DNA of 53,971 nucleotides, counting the filler, from Bipalium vagum (Eukaryota): NCBI GenBank assembly GCA_037834085.1. It is 3 parts of 3 records of this genome, joined end to end, with 100 filler letters (N's around TTAATTAATTAA, not from the genome) between each part and the next. Parts side by side here need not be neighbours in the genome. Positions count along the whole stretch, not along the records: positions 36,316 to 53,971 come from JBBMKC010051439.1; 2 more parts are not named here. One strand, written 5' to 3'. The stretch's first letter is position 1. Each line of letters opens with the position of its first letter. Under the pieces are notes generated by a model, which was not told the origin of the DNA, ran no database searches, and saw nothing but the letters and a program-made list of their open reading frames with translations. Below, in pieces: positions 40,061 to 51,721 of this stretch. A program made the position numbers and the translations under genes.

Positions 40061-40699
40061 TTTCTTTTGAATATATTTGATATATTCATAACTACATATA
40101 TTTATGGAAAATCAATTACAAATTCAGATCAACAGTCAATTTTAAATTTATACTATGTTTTAAAATTACTTTATCAATTAGACTTTCAAGGTTTGGTCAA
40201 TGATCTCCAGGCATTTGTTGGGAAAAAAAATAGGTATTTTAAATCATTATAACACATTAGTAACAAAATTTAATAATACAATGCCAATGAATATTGAAAT
40301 CCGACGAGCAATAAACAATATCAATCATAATGATGAAAATGCCAATGGAACAGAAAATATTTTTCCTACATAAACTGGCAATACAACAAGAAATAATAAA
40401 CGAAGAAATCAATCCAAATCAAAAACAAATCCAAAACCAGAAAAAATGTCCAAATTAAATTTCCCAGTTTAAAAATTATTTGTATGTCATTAATAATGAC
40501 TTATTATATTAAAATAATTATTTCGTTTATTGTCATTTTACACATTTTTTGGTTAATACATAGTTAGAGTAAAAAATGACAACAAAATCATGAGTGTAAT
40601 GAATTATTGCATCATCGAGGACTAAATGAGTAAAAACACATTAGACTTAAAAACTTGACTTAATGTTAAGGTTAGACACAATTATAAATAAACATTATT

Positions 40700-40950
40700 A
40701 GTAAAAGTAATTTAATAAAATCAGTTTTTCATCCGAAAAATGATGAAAAATATATTTTAAAACAAAAATTGGGAAAAAAGTGATTTTGAAAATTGAAAAT
40801 TTTAATTTTTCTCACTTTTTAAAAATGAGAGAAATGGTGAAAAAGTTCATTTTTGGAGGTAGACGTGGCCCAAAAAACAGTTTTTAAAATTGAAAAAAAT
40901 TGTTAAAAAACAAAGAACCAAGAGTAGAGTGCCGCTATCTTAACACTACT
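40700..40950. mobile_element. Candidate Polinton terminal inverted repeat / right end
   Basis: A repetitive A-rich block ends in ...gagtgccgctatcttaacACTACT (40945-40950), the reverse complement of the AGTAGT terminus typical of Polintons, about 0.9 kb from the pPolB remnant. The partner end is not seen. Confidence 0.5.
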
Positions 40951-41427
40951 AACAACAGACATTCTTTATCCTAAACATGTGGAATTTTTACATTGAATTG
41001 TTGTGTTCCGTTTTCAGTTGATTTTATATTATTTTTTATCAACTAAATATTCGATTTTAAAATTGAAATCGAAATATTGATTTTTAAAATTTTTATTGAT
41101 ATTAAAACAGGGTTCTAATCTTAATATAGGCCAAAGAATGAAATTCTTTTCTTATAATTGACAATAACATAATATTAAAAACAACAACAGCAATAATAAT
41201 AATAATAAAATATAAAAAAGAAGGATAATGATAATAGTAATAAGAAATGTAATGATTTTTCTTCATTTGAAAGAAAAATATAATGAACGTATTTGAGATA
41301 ATTTATTTCTTCATCCCAGTCTTAAGATGCTCATGTGATACTATTTAATCACAAAAAAGTATTCAATGACATTTTTGAGTATAATAAAAGAATCTAATAA
41401 CTAACTAATTACTTTTTTTTATAATAG

Positions 41428-41521
41428 ATCATGACTTTATATTCAAGCTCCTTTGCTTTGGTTGTAATGAGTATAGACAGACTTGAGGCTATCGTCTGCC
41501 CATTACGGGGAACAGTTTCAA
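41428..41521 (+). CDS. CCAP/neuropeptide-S-type receptor, TM3 exon
   Basis: ag|IMTLYSSSFALVVMSIDRLEAIVCPLRGTVS|gtgagt, 94 bp, ends in phase 1. Confidence 0.88.
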
Positions 41522-41785
41522 GTGAGTCAATAAAATTTTAATTAATTATCTGAACGTTAGTCTCCGGTTATGGTTATATTTAATATTAAAAATTGTTATT
41601 ATTGGTACTTTTTATAATTATTAACTCATTATTTTTAAAGAAATTTATCGATTATTAATTAATTTTCTCTTATATGAAAAATGGGAGTTCGTGTCAAATA
41701 AAATTGAGAATGACTAAAGAATATATAAATAATATTTTTAATAAATAATGTTTAATAATGGTTTTTGTTTTACTAATATAAATAG

Positions 41786-41928
41786 ACTTTCGGGTTTATA
41801 TATATGTGGCGGTGGCTTGGAGTATGGCTTCGGTTTGTGCTCTTCCAGGGATGATTATGGTGAAAATTAAATATCATAAAACCAAAGGTCGCCAGTGTGT
41901 ATTGGATTTTGAAATTTATTCAGGAAAG
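41786..41928 (+). CDS. CCAP/neuropeptide-S-type receptor, TM4-ECL2 exon
   Basis: ag|(N)FRVYIYVAVAWSMASVCALPGMIMVKIKYHKTKGRQCVLDFEIYSGK|gt, in frame with the preceding exon. Confidence 0.88.
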
Positions 41929-42054
41929 GTTTGATATTTTATCTTTCTATTCCCATGTAAATTGATTAATCTTTTTTTTTGTTTAAATTCTGTTTCAATA
42001 TTTAATTTAATTCATAAAAAAACTATCGGAACATAATCTTTCAAATTAATATTA

Positions 42055-42630
42055 TTGGATTGATGCATAAATACTTTTAGTCTAAATATAATAAATATGA
42101 TGTCATACATATTGCTAGGCACCGTATATATTTACAATAATAAGGAACAATATTGATTTATGAAGTCATACAAGTTATAGCTTATAAGTTGAATACATGT
42201 TTTTTTTCAGGTAACTTGTAACCCAGTAACTTGTAAAATAGTTGATATACTACTATATACACCGTGTCATATTGTAATCTTTCAGACCATAGTAAAATAC
42301 AAGCATTATTGAAACTTTGCAGAAAATTCACATTATCTGCTTTATCGAGAAAATTGGTTTGACTAATTGATCAAAAGTTCATAAGAGAAGGTATAATAAT
42401 TCAAAATGTTATGGAATTTGAATTAGAACAGATTTTATACAGTGCCATAGTTATATATAAATATGTGAGACACACCGTAGATACAATTTTATATCTGATG
42501 CATCATTGTCATAAGATGAATTAAAATTATGTTTAAACAACAAACTTGGGAACATTTAAAAGTTGTATAATGTTTATTTTGTATGTTTAGCGTAATCAAA
42601 CAAGGGGACATTATTTGTGCATCAACCTAA
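42055..42630. mobile_element. Non-autonomous mariner-like element in receptor intron
   Basis: Imperfect TIRs ttggattgatgcataaata versus reverse-complement ttaggttgatgcacaaata. Confidence 0.45.
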
Positions 42631-42779
42631 CATAAATAAAATAGGTATTGTGAAATTTTCATTAATAAGTGCAGATATTAATAATCATAAACAAAACTTT
42701 GTGCACAGATTTCTTGTGTAATCTTAAACACTTGTGTCGCATTGTGTAAAGTTTAATTTTAGACAAAATTAACGGTTGA

Positions 42780-43570
42780 ACAACAAAATGTTAATTAAGA
42801 AGGGATTCATGGAGACTGTTCGATGGCTTTAATAAAAATTGTTGATAAATGTTTGAAAGAATTCAATGTAACGGTTTCGAAGACTACAATCAACAATGTT
42901 ATATCAGATTTAAATTATACCTTGAAACGAGTGCATAATATTCCAGAAAAAAGAAATGATCCAATATACAATCAGGATTGTGCTATGCACAAGAAGTTAT
43001 TAAACTTCCTTCTCAAGTTTCTGAAAGTAACGTATTTTTATTGATGAAGTTGGATTTAATGTAAGCATGAGACCTAAGAGAGATCGATCTTTTAAAGGAA
43101 AAAAACCTTTTCAGGTTTTCCAATCTTTAAAATCAAGAAACACATGTGTTTGTTGTGCAATGAATAGAGAATATGTATTTCATTATGCTGCTCAAACTAG
43201 TCCTTTTAATGGTGAATTTTTTTGAATATATAGAAAAACTACTAGCTTTCCTTAAAGAAATGTATACAAAATCGAGACAATGTTTCTTTCCTTAAAACTA
43301 CAAGAATAAGGAAATTTATAGAGGAAAACGGTTTCAGTTTATTATTTTTACCTCCAAACAAACCTTTTTAAGATCGCATTGAAAAATGTTTTTCAAAATG
43401 GAAGGAATTTGTACGGAAAAGGAGACCGGAAAATGAAGAATCTTTAATGGAACTTATAAATAAAAGAGTCAAAGCTTATTTCCAGTTGAGATTGCTCCGG
43501 TTTCTATCGCAATATGGCTTCATACATCCCAATATTTTTGAACAAGGAAATTATTAATGAATAAATGTAT
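42780..43570 (+). mobile_element. Decayed IS630/Tc1-like (DDE_3) transposase in receptor intron
   Basis: VSKTTINNVISDLNYTLKRVHNIPEKRND, FIDEVGFNVSMR, KSRNTCVCCAMN, LLFLPPNKPFL, EKCFSKWKEFVR. Frameshifted. Confidence 0.85.
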
Positions 43571-44163
43571 CTCTGAATTTTTTGATTTGTATAACGTTAT
43601 GAGCATATACCTGTTGTAACATTTTGTCAATTTTATAATGTCAAAAATAACCTTAACATTGTCAAAATAGATGTGAAAATGGTGTGTGTTCAATGATGTT
43701 TGAATGTCATCATATGTTGTCCGACGATCTTCTTCAATTAATTTCTGAACAACTTCAATATTTTCACCGGAAACACTTTTTTTGGACGACCTTCTCTAAA
43801 ATCATTATCCAAAGAGACGCTTTTATACCATATTTAAATGTAAATATTTATGTAAACAAATGCGAATTTTATTATTAGATAAAATAACGTATTTTATGAT
43901 AAATTTTATTTTTTAATAAACCTTTTCATATTCTCCATTCCCGAAACTTTTCAACTGCTCCTTGTATGTTTATAAAATACATTAGAAACTTTGTAGAAAA
44001 ACTTCAGATTAATCCTACTTTTAACAAAGTAATGTTTGTATTTTTATTTTTGAATAAAAATGATAACGACTCATTCATTAATTGTGAAATATAATAATTA
44101 ATTTTTTTTCTTCATTTTTCATGTAGGAATGCTGATTTTCTTAAAAGAGAATTTCATTTTCAG

Positions 44164-44359
44164 GTATATATTACATATGTTTTCATATCGGTTCTGTTGC
44201 TTCCTGTGATTACCATTTCCATTTGTCATATCTGCATGATCACCAGAATATTCAATATATCCAGCCAGCAAAGGATAAGGAGAATGTCGCTGAACAACTG
44301 TAATACTATTTCCAGAGCCAGGGTGAAATCAGTGAAAATGTCCTGTGTTATAGTAATGG
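44164..44359 (+). CDS. CCAP/neuropeptide-S-type receptor, TM5-ICL3-TM6 exon
   Basis: ag|VYITYVFISVLLLPVITISICHICMITRIF...TISRARVKSVKMSCVIVM|gt. ISRARVKSVKM matches the IxRAKVKTVKM of the CCAP/NPS/vasopressin group. Confidence 0.9.
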
Positions 44360-44405
44360 GTAAATAGAAAGTGAAGATAACAGCTTAAATTAAACATTTT
44401 TTCAG

Positions 44406-44509
44406 TTTTTCTCATATGTTGGTCACCATTTTTCATCTGGAACATATTATACACTTATGGTCACATTCAACAGAGTCCAAGTACATTTTTTATGTCATAT
44501 ATCATTCAG
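44406..44509 (+). CDS. CCAP/neuropeptide-S-type receptor, TM6-ECL3 exon
   Basis: After a 46-bp intron: (V)FLICWSPFFIWNILYTYGHIQQSPSTFFMSYIIQ|gt, with the CWxP motif. Confidence 0.9.
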
Positions 44510-45249
44510 GTATTACTCCTTCATTTTAATAATATGTAATGATCTGCAGAAATAAATTTTAAAAATTATCTTAATTCATTATAATTTTTTTCAATGAAGT
44601 TATAATGATTCAATAAACAACAATAAATATTGTAAAATCCTTTTTTATTATTTTGGGATTGTCAAAAAGGTTTAAAATTAGGGCTGTTAACGAATAAAAT
44701 TTCTTTTAATATTTATCTTTTGGAAATTATGAATATATAAAAAACTTAAAATTAATCGAATTTTTAATCTTTAATTTCAGAATTAATCCTTAAAATGAAT
44801 TGTCAATTAATAAATCGTTAACATTTACACCTCTTTTTAAAATATTAATAATTATTACACAATAAAACAATATTAAATTAAAATAAATAATACTGATTTA
44901 ATTTATCAATTATCAATATTTGATTTTTTCACTCAAATATCATAATATTAATTAATATTTTAATTAATTGTCATGTGGCATAAGTGAAAGATAATTAAAA
45001 TTAATTATTAAATTCAAATAAATAAAAATCACTTACTGTAAAGTAATATTAAGAATAAATACACTATTAATATTAATAAATATATAATAATAATATTTAT
45101 AATTTAAATATTGCAATTCTAGAAAAATTATTCACAATTTGCTTTATAAGAAGAAAAAAAAGTTTATAATATGATGTTTGCCCACAAAATTGACACCTTT
45201 TATTAAGAAAAAATTTACGAAAAAAAATAAAATTCATCTGTTTGACAGA

Positions 45250-46060
45250 ATAGGACCCAACATTGGAGGTATCTTTTTAAATTACACTTTTATATCATTC
45301 TGAATGTCTGGAGTTATAGAACTTCGTTAGAGGTTCTTCGTTCTCGGGGGAAAATGTTACATTGAGAGAAAGAAATGAAAGGCAAAAGCTGCAAGATCTA
45401 GCGAGTATCGCAGATGTGGCAATAGTTCAATTCTTTCAAGGCTATTGATAGTTGCTATTAATTTTCATGAATTATGAGGTTTTGCGTTATCCGTTTCTAA
45501 TAAAATCTTCTTCTGATAAAGTAGATATTTTGTTTTCATAACCTCTTGCAATCTCTTCAATTGTGCTGAATAAATGTCCAAGTATGAACTATTATCATCA
45601 GAGAAAAGGATCCCATCGCAGTTTCAAAACAAGGATATTATCTTTTTTCAAATAGTTGTACTTTTGAACAAGAAACGGGAGGCTCATTTGTAGATAACCA
45701 TTGATATTTTCGGATTTAGTTAATAAATAAAACTCACTTATCATTCATGCCATCAATTCTTTTGAAAAGACGTTTTTATCCAATGTTTTATTAAAAATGA
45801 ATTTCCAATTTCAAGTCGCTTATGTGGCTGACTTTCCGAAAGTTCATATGGATTGATTCGAGGAGCTACATATTTTTCCCCAATAAAATGAAGATGCTGT
45901 TAGATGTTGAACTTTGAAAACACACCAAGTGGGTAATTGACGAATTGGATTCAAGATATCTTCATCTTACACAGACACCTTTCCAAAACCCGGTTGACGT
46001 TGGAGGCCTGCGTTACCCGATTTGAAGTTTTCAATCCCCTTGTTTATCTTTCTTGAACCT
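45250..46060 (-). mobile_element. Decayed mariner transposase in receptor intron
   Basis: - strand IYSAQLKRLQE...LLETDNAKPH...ELLPHLRYSLDLAAFAFHFF (DNAxPH; HPPYSPDLAPSDFH-like). Confidence 0.8.
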
Positions 46061-46239
46061 TCAACAATGAAAGGTTACACAATATTTATTACTTAATTAC
46101 AGTTACTTCTTCTGCCTTCAAATTATTGACCTGCGCACTGGAATCGATTTTTTCATTTTGTTTAATCACCCATAACATATGATTTCTTTTCACTCTCACC
46201 AAATGCACAGCAATAGGTATTTGGGTTGGAATTTCTTAC

Positions 46240-46500
46240 CGGCAATGTCACACGTTGTAATATATAGTTTTTTTCTAAATCAAACCTTCGGTTTGCTCAC
46301 TCCTGTGTCAACAATGCTTTCCCTGAACGCTGACCATCACCGAACAGGAACTTTTTAAACCAGTTATGACATGCGCGTTCGCTCACTACACTTTCCTCAT
46401 ACACTTCACAAATTCCTTTTTTGGTGTACGTTCCTTTACGAACATAAAATAACATCAAGCAACGAAAATATTGATTATTGTCTTCCATGTTTTCCTTATA
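46240..46500 (-). mobile_element. Mariner N-terminal HTH fragment
   Basis: MEDNNQYFRCLMLFYVRKG...ICEVYEESVVSERACHNWFKKF...QRSG. Confidence 0.85.
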
Positions 46501-46839
46501 ATTTCAACTCATAAGATTAATCTTTTTTAAAAATCAATGAGCGCGATAGTTTGAGTATAAAAGCAAATATATATTTTTTATGTTTTGATTGATTTAGACT
46601 TTCAATATCTTTTTTACTTAAGTCAATACAAAATAACGAAGACCTTTTATTCAACCCAATAATTAAATAATTATGAATTTTCTGAGTCATTTTTGATCTA
46701 ATAATAATTTTTATAAGAAACTTTTTTATGCACATAGAAGAAAGTATTTTTTAATCAGTAAATAATAGAAACGTATTTGTTTGTCAAACCTTTCTTTGAT
46801 TCAATACAATAAAGTAACCAAGGTACTGCGTCTGGAGCT

Positions 46840-47915
46840 ATTGACTACATTGTGATTTTAAATATTTATTCAAAGGTTCTTGATCTACCTGTCAAAAAAC
46901 CATTTGGCATTATGTCATAAGATATTATCTAACTTGTTTCAAAAGGTTTTTCTGCACTTCACCAAATCTTTTTGTCTAAATCGCAGTTGGGTCTTGATCA
47001 TTACCATTGAGTTGGAGACTGATTGAGTTTATCCTTTAAAATGGTGATATCAGTAAATGAAATAAAGACTTAATTTTTACTTCTCTGTACATTTAAAATA
47101 CCTTCTTAATTAAAACAAAATTTCCCATCTCCAGCTTAGTGATGATAGTCGTCTTCTGGTTGCTTCCTTGAAATTAATGAAATCTGATATAAGTGCTGCA
47201 TAATACGAGCGAGTGATATCAGTCTGAGATGTAATTTCCTCACATTTAGATTCATCTTTAAAATGATATAAAGCTTTCTTGACGAATCAATACACGGTTT
47301 TTATCTTAATCTTCACAATAATTTATTCTGACTTGTGATCTCGTCTTTAAATAAAATCTTCCTCAAAATCAATTTACAAATTTCATCTACAAATATCGGA
47401 AAAGTTTGCGAAAATCAAATTCTTTTTGTTGTAGAACAATATTAGGTGACCTAAAAGTTTCCACCGCTTTCATTATAGACTGTTTTAATGTGACCTCATT
47501 TTTTACTATGTTTCGCACGCTTGACTCACAAAATGTCTATTTCTGAGATCATTTTTCTCATTGAACGCCTAGAATTACGCCTTACTCGGTCCTGAATAAT
47601 TTTGTGATTCTTTGGAATGTTATTCTTGGACGGTCATTTATGCAGCCTGACTTCTCATATCGTTTTATTGCATATGAAACTGTTTGTTTCGGAATACCAA
47701 GCAAACTAACTATTTCAACTTTTTTTTTATTATTACGTAATTCTATTGTAGCTGCTCTTTTACTTACCATGCTGCTTATTTTTAAAAAAAATTATAATAC
47801 GTGATAAAGAATTAAATAACGAACAAATGAATATGTCATTTTTTATGTTTGACTAAAAATTTACTAAAAAATTTTTAATAAAAAGTAGTCCAAGGACATT
47901 TTGCGCACCCTCTAC
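46840..47915 (-). mobile_element. Decayed maT/DD37D-like Tc1/mariner element
   Basis: MVSKRAATIEL...EIVSLLGIPKQTVSYAIKRYEKSGCINDRPR N-terminal HTH. TIR-like end (reverse complement tagagggtgcgcaaaatg). SPTQW remnant near 47010. Confidence 0.7.
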
Positions 47916-50439
47916 AAACAATATATTGTCATGACCCAAAGCAGTCACCGATTGGCTCATTACTTAAAGTACAAAACCCTTCACAGACTCGACTCATAGT
48001 TGAATGCTGCTGAATAAAATCTGTAATAATTGTTGGGAGATCAAAAAGATTACGTCTTTGAAAAACTGGGTTGCAAAAATAATAAAGCTCTTGACATCAA
48101 CTGGGGGAGTATGGATAATAACTAAAATGAAAAAAATGAAATTGGCTTATCTTTTTAATTTCTGTTGCAAAAAATGGCAATAATTTCATAAATTAGTGCT
48201 ATAAGGAAGCTAGTGTGACTGGAAAAAGTATTCTTTTAGATATTATTAATTTAATAATAATTATTTGTATTAAGTATTATATTATATAATAAAATTTAAT
48301 AAATTAATAGTGGTAAAAATATCTTCCAAAATTTACAATGAAATTAAATTCCCATGGATACAATTTGTTTGAAAATTAAGATTATTTGTGTGTGAATTAA
48401 TCATTAAAAATATCTTCTCTTATTGATTGCAAACCAATAGATGTTTACATGGAAACCACACTAGGATGAAACAATAATAATGAAAATTTTCTGTTTGGAA
48501 TTTTTTTATAAGATTTTGTTCATTAATTTAATTTTTAATATTAATTTAATATAATTAGATTATTGTTTTAATTATATAAACGTATTAAGAAAATAGGAAA
48601 TATTTTTATTATTTTTTAAAAAAGTTTTGAATGAAATTTTTATTTATTAAAATTATGCGACTTTGCATTTAATTAAAAAATGTCAAATTTTGAGATGAAT
48701 TTCATAAATAAATGTGTTTTATTAAAGTATTGACATTTTTAAAATGTGAATTTTATAAGTGTAAGTATGAGAGAATAATAAGTTTCTTTGGTTTTTATTA
48801 CAAAATCTGCTGTATAACTTAGTAGTAAAAAGTAAGAAAGAATTTGATAATAATAATAATAATATAATAAACAAATTATAATTAATATCCATATAAATAA
48901 AAATAGATGTAATTATAACTTTGGGAGAATCAATTTGAATTTTCTAAAAATGTTTATGAGAAAAACCTTCAGACCCTGAAGCATTGGTGGAATGTAAATG
49001 TGAACGTGTCATGCAAACAATTTATTTGTAAAGAATACTGGAATTAATGATCCACATAATCATCACTTTACCAACAAATTCATTAAAAATATAATGAAAA
49101 AGAATTATAAAAGCGTTAATTAAAGAATGATAACAGAAATATTCACAAAATTTGAGACTTATTAAAATATCAAAGACAAATATAATTATTATTTCATGTT
49201 TGAGACTATTCAATATCATTGGGGTGTCTTGCTTAATTTTTTAGTGATATTTTTTATAACATTTAATTAGTTAAAATATATTTTTTATTATCATTTTTTT
49301 TCTTTACTACACTTAAGTATTATTTTTATTTTATTGTAAAAAAAGATAGGATTTTTAGGTGCTGTACCTTTTTATATTTTAACAACTATTATGCTTATCA
49401 ACATCTTTTAAAACCTTTTTTTAAAAATTTTAAATGATTTTCTATTTTTTTTCTATTTTTCTTTTTTGTTTTAATATAAAATTGAAGTTAATAATTTAAA
49501 ATTTTATTTAACCAATTATTGATAGGTTTATGTTTTCCAATAATTTATTAATAATATCAATAACCTAATAATATCAAAAACAGTTATGAGGTACTTTAAT
49601 GCTGCAATGTTCATTTGGAAACATTTTTCAGTGATATGTAATTTTTTCGATGCCTTACCAAATTATCTTTACAAATATAACGTTTTCGCAAGTAAACAAG
49701 AGTTGAGAGATGAAATTTTAAAGTCAGTGGTTATCCTTTCCTCACAAATACTATTGCAATATTGGAACAACAATGTTCTCATAAAAATTCGCAGTAGATT
49801 ATTCTCCTGAATGTGAAATTATCATTAGATGGTTTTGTAAAGAGACTTGTAACCATTGTAAAGGACAGTCTGTTCATAACAGCTGACTGAAGAAATTTGT
49901 GAGGTTTCCATCATTAATGAGTTCGGGCTATTTGTTCTCATACAAAGAGATTATAGGAGAAATAATTATCTGTTCTTAGATTCCAATTTGTATAAATTAT
50001 ATAATATATAATATTTATTTTAATATATATTTTATAAAATCAATATTATTCAGAAAAATGTGAAAATCTAAAATTAAATCTATTAAGGAAGCAATATACA
50101 AAATTGAAACTAAGTATCATTTATTGGCATATTAGTTGTAAAATGTCACAATCATCATTACTGAAGAGAGAATTTTTTATATATTTACCAAAAAACCAAA
50201 ATGGCAACAATTTGTACCGTATTTTCACATACCATAATACATTCAGGCATATAATAAAAAATATCATAAAAAATTATTATCATGTGAAATATTATTATAT
50301 ATCTTAACTTATTTTTATATTTATTTTATTTTTATTAAATATAAAATAATTTTAGTCATTAACTTCATTATATTTATGCACTTCTTAATCGATCTTTAAA
50401 TTAGAAATGAGCGTTTTCAATACTAAGTTGATTTGGGAT

Positions 50440-50625
50440 TTTATTATTTTGCCAATTGAATTTAACTGCTTTACAATGAGCACGTGACTGCATTTGAACC
50501 TCTCAATAAGTACTCGAGTAGTTTTTTCTAAGATCTGTCCAATGACTTATAAGTTATTGCCATCATCAGCTAGAGGACGTCGTTCACACTGATCATCTTT
50601 CAGATCTAAATTTTCATGTTTAACA
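50440..50625 (-). mobile_element. Mariner HTH fragment
   Basis: KHENLDLKDDQCERRP...TTRVLIERFKCSHVLIVKQL. Confidence 0.6.
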
Positions 50626-51407
50626 CTAGAAACCGGGCACGCGTCAATTGATGCATTTACATACTAAAACGCTAATATCTTTAAAACCGTATATATATAA
50701 ATTTGTAAAAAATTGAAACCATCTTATTTTTATTGATAATAAATATATCACAAAACACATCTCATATTTTCAGTAAGATTCTGCGTCAGTATCGACTTGT
50801 TAAAAATCATACCACATACAATTACAAATTTTGTTTATTTGGTCATCCATATTTCTAAGCTTTTTTCCAACTAAAAATGAATAAAATAAAAGCTAATATC
50901 AATAATGAGACAAATATACATAATGAAATATATTTTAAATGCGCGGTTGTTTGGTGGTTTATGCAATAATAAATGTTATTCATTAAAACACGAATTTCTA
51001 ACTTAACAACCTAATATTTTTAATTATCTCATTTCTTTTAAAATATTAAAAAACGTTTTTTGCTTTCAGTTGTTTTAATCTTTAAAATATAAAAAAATAA
51101 ATATTATAATTAAGATAAAAATATTAAAAAATATATATATTTATTAATAAATTAAAAAAATGTAAATTATTAAAATATTTTAATATAAAATTGAAATTGT
51201 CAGGTGAAGATGTCCCGTTGGTTATTTTAAATTATTTTTTATTAATAAGTGAAAAAAAGATTCTGAAAAAGAAATAAAAATATCTCAGAGAATATTATTA
51301 TAAATCTTAAAATATTATTCCTTAATTCATGGGCTTATATTAGAATTCTTGGGAAAATTTGGGATTTAATAAAGTTATCTTATTTTAATTAAAAATATAC
51401 TAATTAG

Positions 51408-51493
51408 AGTCTCGCTCCATTGAATTCTGTGGCAAATCCAATTATATTCTGGACATTTATGGCTCATAATACTGGGAGGAGAAAATTTTTATG
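51408..51493 (+). CDS. CCAP/neuropeptide-S-type receptor, TM7 exon
   Basis: ag|SLAPLNSVANPIIFWTFMAHNTGRRKFL(W). Q|SLAPLNSxANP is characteristic of CCAP receptors. Confidence 0.9.
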
Positions 51494-51540
51494 GTGATTA
51501 TTACAAATTTTATTATGTTAATAATTTTCCCTTTTCCAAG

Positions 51541-51721
51541 GTACAACTGGAAACGTCAACCGAATGATAAGAAAGGATGTTTATTTGCATCTCATGGTGG
51601 AAATAACATATCAAAATGTCAGATACAAAATCCCAATTTCTCCCAAACGTATGGCGACCATATTGAGAGAACTCTGAAAAAAGAAATAACGAGAACATAC
51701 TTGATAATTACAACAATATAA
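51541..51721 (+). CDS. CCAP/neuropeptide-S-type receptor, probable terminal exon (C-tail)
   Basis: A 47-bp GT-AG intron (51494-51540, pyrimidine-rich 3' end) with a phase 2 join gives W-YNWKRQPNDKKGCLF...IITTI*, the same frame as ORF 51491-51721. Confidence 0.7.
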
